From: Monocercomonoides exilis PA203
Taxonomy: Eukaryota; Protista; Preaxostyla
Assembly: GCA_001643675.2 (NCBI GenBank)
Contig: LSRY02000053.1
Location: 434,001 to 498,000 of the forward strand
Direction of reading: 5' to 3'
DNA length: 64,000 bases
Shown: piece by piece, positions 61,041-64,000 of the stretch
How positions within the stretch are numbered: position 1 is the stretch's first letter
Layout: each line of letters begins with the position of its first letter
Program-made: the position numbers and the translations under genes
The notes under the pieces: generated by a model
Told to the model about the DNA's origin: nothing
Database searches by the model: none
Seen by the model: only the letters and a program-made list of their open reading frames with translations

Positions 61041-63020
61041 ATGCAGCTAGCCTGCAGAGCGCGCGTTCCTCGAGAGAATTTTACTCCAGAAGACGTTTCA
61101 TCCCTCCAAAGACTCGATTTTTCTGAGAAAGAAGGAGGCCGCACTCAGGCCTTCGCAGTTGAGATGGAGAAAATTGGAGCGGGAGAAGTGATTGAGGAGG
61201 GTATTCGACCGATTTGGAAGGGAAAGGGTGCGAGAGAAAAACTAGAGAAGGAGAATGGACGATGCGGAGGCTTCATCGGAGGGAAGAAAGAGGAGCAAGC
61301 TTGTGCGGAGTGGATTCAAGAGGGGTTGAGGACAGAAGTGTTGACCAAGCTGACCGCGGACCAAGTTGGTTGCCTGAACAACATTTTCTTTATCCCGAAG
61401 AAGAACGGCAAATTCAGACAAATCCTAGACTGCAGACCGCTGAACTCCGCGCTGAAGGATGTTCACTTCAAAATGGACGATCATCGCACGGTGGAGAAAC
61501 TGCTGCAAAAGGAAGACTGGGCGACTTCTTTGGACCTTTCTCAAGCGAATTTCCTCATACAGGTTCACAGAGAGTTCACACATTTCCTGGCTTTCAAGTT
61601 CAGAGGAGATTTCTTCGGTTTCAGGGAAATGCTGTTTGGTTACAAGGACGCCCCCAGGGTCTTTCCCAAGGTTATGCGCAAAGCAATGATGCAGGAAAGG
61701 AAACGGTGGAGGGTGAGGTGGATAACTCATTTGGACGATATGCTTTTCTTCATCAGGATTGAAATCATTTGCGGGAATGGAGGAAGGAGATTGTGGAATG
61801 GCTAGGGAAGCTAGGCTTCTAGGTAAATATGGAGAAAAGCGAGCTACAACCAAAAAGACTCTTCAATTACCTTTGATGGAGATGCGACAGCGAACAGATG
61901 ACAGTGAGACTGGAGGATCAACGACGCAGTGAGCTGAGGCAACAATGTGGGAAATGGATGAAGTGGGTGAAGCGCAGCAGGACTGTGATAGTGCGGGGTT
62001 TTGCATCCTTCAAAGGGCTACTCAGCGCTAAGCGCTTCGTGTTCAGAGAGGAAAAGCTTGTTTATGAACAGATAGAATGCGGTTCTCACCAAAGGCGTTA
62101 GAGAATCTGGTTGGAACGGGGAGGTGCACCTCAACGGCAGTCTGAAGAGGCAACTGGAGCTATGGTTACAGAGACTGAAAACGAGGTTCAACAGGAAGCT
62201 GATGGACTTTGCCAGCCCAGAAGCTGTTCTTACATCGGACACCTCTCCTTTTGCAGTGAAAGCAACCTTGAATATTGCGGGGAACATCCAACATTTCCAC
62301 AAATTTCTCAGCCCAACATTCAGGGAACAAGCATCGAATTTCAGAGAGCTTTTGGCTGTTCTCCTTGCTTTCAACAATTTTTCTTCCAGCCTGGAGAGCA
62401 ACAAAATCCACAACCTGCTCTTCCGTTCGGACAATACATCAGTTGTTTTCAATATCAACAGGTGGGGAGCAGGACCGTTCTTTGTTTCTCTGCTGAGGAA
62501 GATTCGATAAGCATGACAATAGATGGATCTCCCAGTGAATGCAATTCACATTCCAGGAGAAAGGAACATCGCGGTAGAAGCACTGTCCCAGACAGTGGTA
62601 GAAGGAGATTACGAGATAACCGCTCGAGAACAAAAAGAAGCCGAACAAGCGTTTGAAGCGGTTCACATAGTCGACGCATTCGCAAACAGGAAAAACAAAA
62701 GATGTGTGACCTGGTATGGTCCGGGAAGCCCTTGGTGCAAAGACGGTCTCGCTGCGGATTGGGGAAGAGACGTCGTTCTGCTTCACCCTCCGATTCCGCT
62801 TATCGTCCCTTGTCTGAAGAAAGCGAGAGCGGAGAAAACGAGAGCAATTATTCTTCTTCCAGCCTGGAAGAATCAAGTGTGGAGTCAATTGTTTGAAGAG
62901 ATGGAGACTCATCGAGTTGTGTGGAAGGACGCAAAAAAGGTCCTTTTACCAGGAGAAGAGCTTAGAAGGACTGGAGCATCTCTGCCACCGTGTAGATACA
63001 TGGCGGTGAGGCTAAACTAG
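61041..63020 (+). pseudogene. DIRS pol: reverse transcriptase - RNase H - N6-adenine DNA methyltransferase-like domain
   Basis: RT: FFIPKKNGKFRQILDCRPLN, FKMD, SLDLSQA, FGYKDAPRVF, HLDD, LGF*VNMEKS, YL*W. RNase H: TSDTS, NFRELLAV, RSDNTSVV, HIPGERN. MT: VDAFAN...DGLAADW...LHPPIPLI...ILLPAW. Several frameshifts and stops. Confidence 0.9.
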
Positions 63021-63029
63021 TAGCAGACA

Positions 63030-64000
63030 AAGGCGAAATATGGTGGAAACAGAGCATGAGACAATGCGGAGTACCTGTGAGAATCCAAGGTGCAGCAAGG
63101 AACAGTGTGGCTCAGACAACATGGAGATCGTACTGCTTCGGATTCAAACACTTCAGTTGAGCATGGAGGAGATTGAAACTGCGATAGTTTCCCAAGAAGT
63201 TTGATGACTGGATAAAGAACTATTTATATTGTTTTACAGACCTGAGAGACCGAGGTTTTTCATATGCTTGTCAAGCAGCCACGCGTTCAACTATCTCCAT
63301 TATTTCGAAGGTCATGTGATGGAAGAGAGATATAGAAAAGTTCTCATCTTTATTCTCCATTTAGGTCTTTCTCCAGAAGCCAAGTGCACAGAAGACTTTG
63401 CACTGAGATGTGGAAGCCAGACCTCGCTTTTCGATATTATTTTCAGGACTACCCAAATGAGAAGTTGTCGTTCCTTGAACAAACCATAAAAAGCATTTTG
63501 CTAATTATGATATTCACAGCATGCAGGTTTCGTGAACTAGCACAGCTCTCAATGATGGCATCGATTGCACATTCAAGCGCAGTGCATCTCCAAACGAAAC
63601 TCAATACAACAAATACATCATCCTTCATTTCAGTGCCTTTCCTCGATGAGCCAAACGAAAAGATTTCCCAAGCAAGAACCTTATTGTGCCTATGGGAATT
63701 CATAAAACAGACACACCCTGAATGTGACACATTCCTCTTGAACGCAATGAAATTCACCCCGCTGACAGTGGAGAGTTTTAGGAAGCAAGCCAGAATTGGA
63801 ATGTCTTGGAAGGAGTTCACAAACATTACCGCCAATATACTATTAAGCACGCTGCTATTTCAACGCTTAAGCTTAACAAAGTTCCAGAAGTGCTGGTTGC
63901 AAAATACGCATGACTTTCACCAACTGCACACACTCCCTCTAGATTCTACCTCTCTGCAGACCTATCCCTTCAAATGGCTAACAAGATTATTTCAGCATCA
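63030..64000 (+). pseudogene. DIRS tyrosine recombinase, disrupted
   Basis: N-terminal SVAQTTWRSY...F, catalytic-region IFTACRFRELAQ and YTIKHAAISTL...VAKYA*LSP...RFY. Multiple stops and frameshifts, so it does not appear in the ORF track. Confidence 0.75.

Larger units (their letters stand above)
60305..64000 (+). mobile_element. DIRS-type tyrosine-recombinase retrotransposon, decayed, truncated by the window edge
   Basis: Domain order is gag-like ORF, RT, RNase H, adenine methyltransferase, tyrosine recombinase. GC content rises abruptly near 60305. The left boundary is approximate and no terminal repeats are visible in the window. Confidence 0.9.

Overview
AT-rich eukaryotic nuclear DNA read with the standard genetic code, with many short (about 50-140 nt) spliceosomal introns and abundant microsatellites. 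The gene families and intron style resemble an oxymonad such as Monocercomonoides; this is inferred from recognition, not from a search. Apparently intact genes: a LEA-like 33-aa-repeat protein, a PKA catalytic-subunit-like kinase, a ~1700-aa type I membrane protein, an intronless 800-aa P-loop GTPase, and a giant multi-exon armadillo-type gene. Five dispersed copies of one 3-exon, ~420-aa helical protein family are present (three apparently intact, two pseudogenes), plus pseudogenes and fragments of a large Cys-motif surface-protein family. Mobile DNA: an intron-containing IS5/PIF-Harbinger-type (DDE_Tnp_4-like) transposase pseudogene, four foldback/MITE inverted-repeat elements including a 1.07-kb near-perfect palindrome, and a decayed DIRS-type retrotransposon (gag, RT, RNase H, adenine methyltransferase, tyrosine recombinase) running off the right edge. 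Most notable observations: (1) the 3-exon family copies are patchwork mosaics sharing sharply bounded identical tracts, suggesting segmental gene conversion; (2) two adjacent unrelated genes each appear to have the ATG start codon split by an intron (AT|G); (3) unrelated foldback elements share ACC...GGT termini and bracket the transposase.
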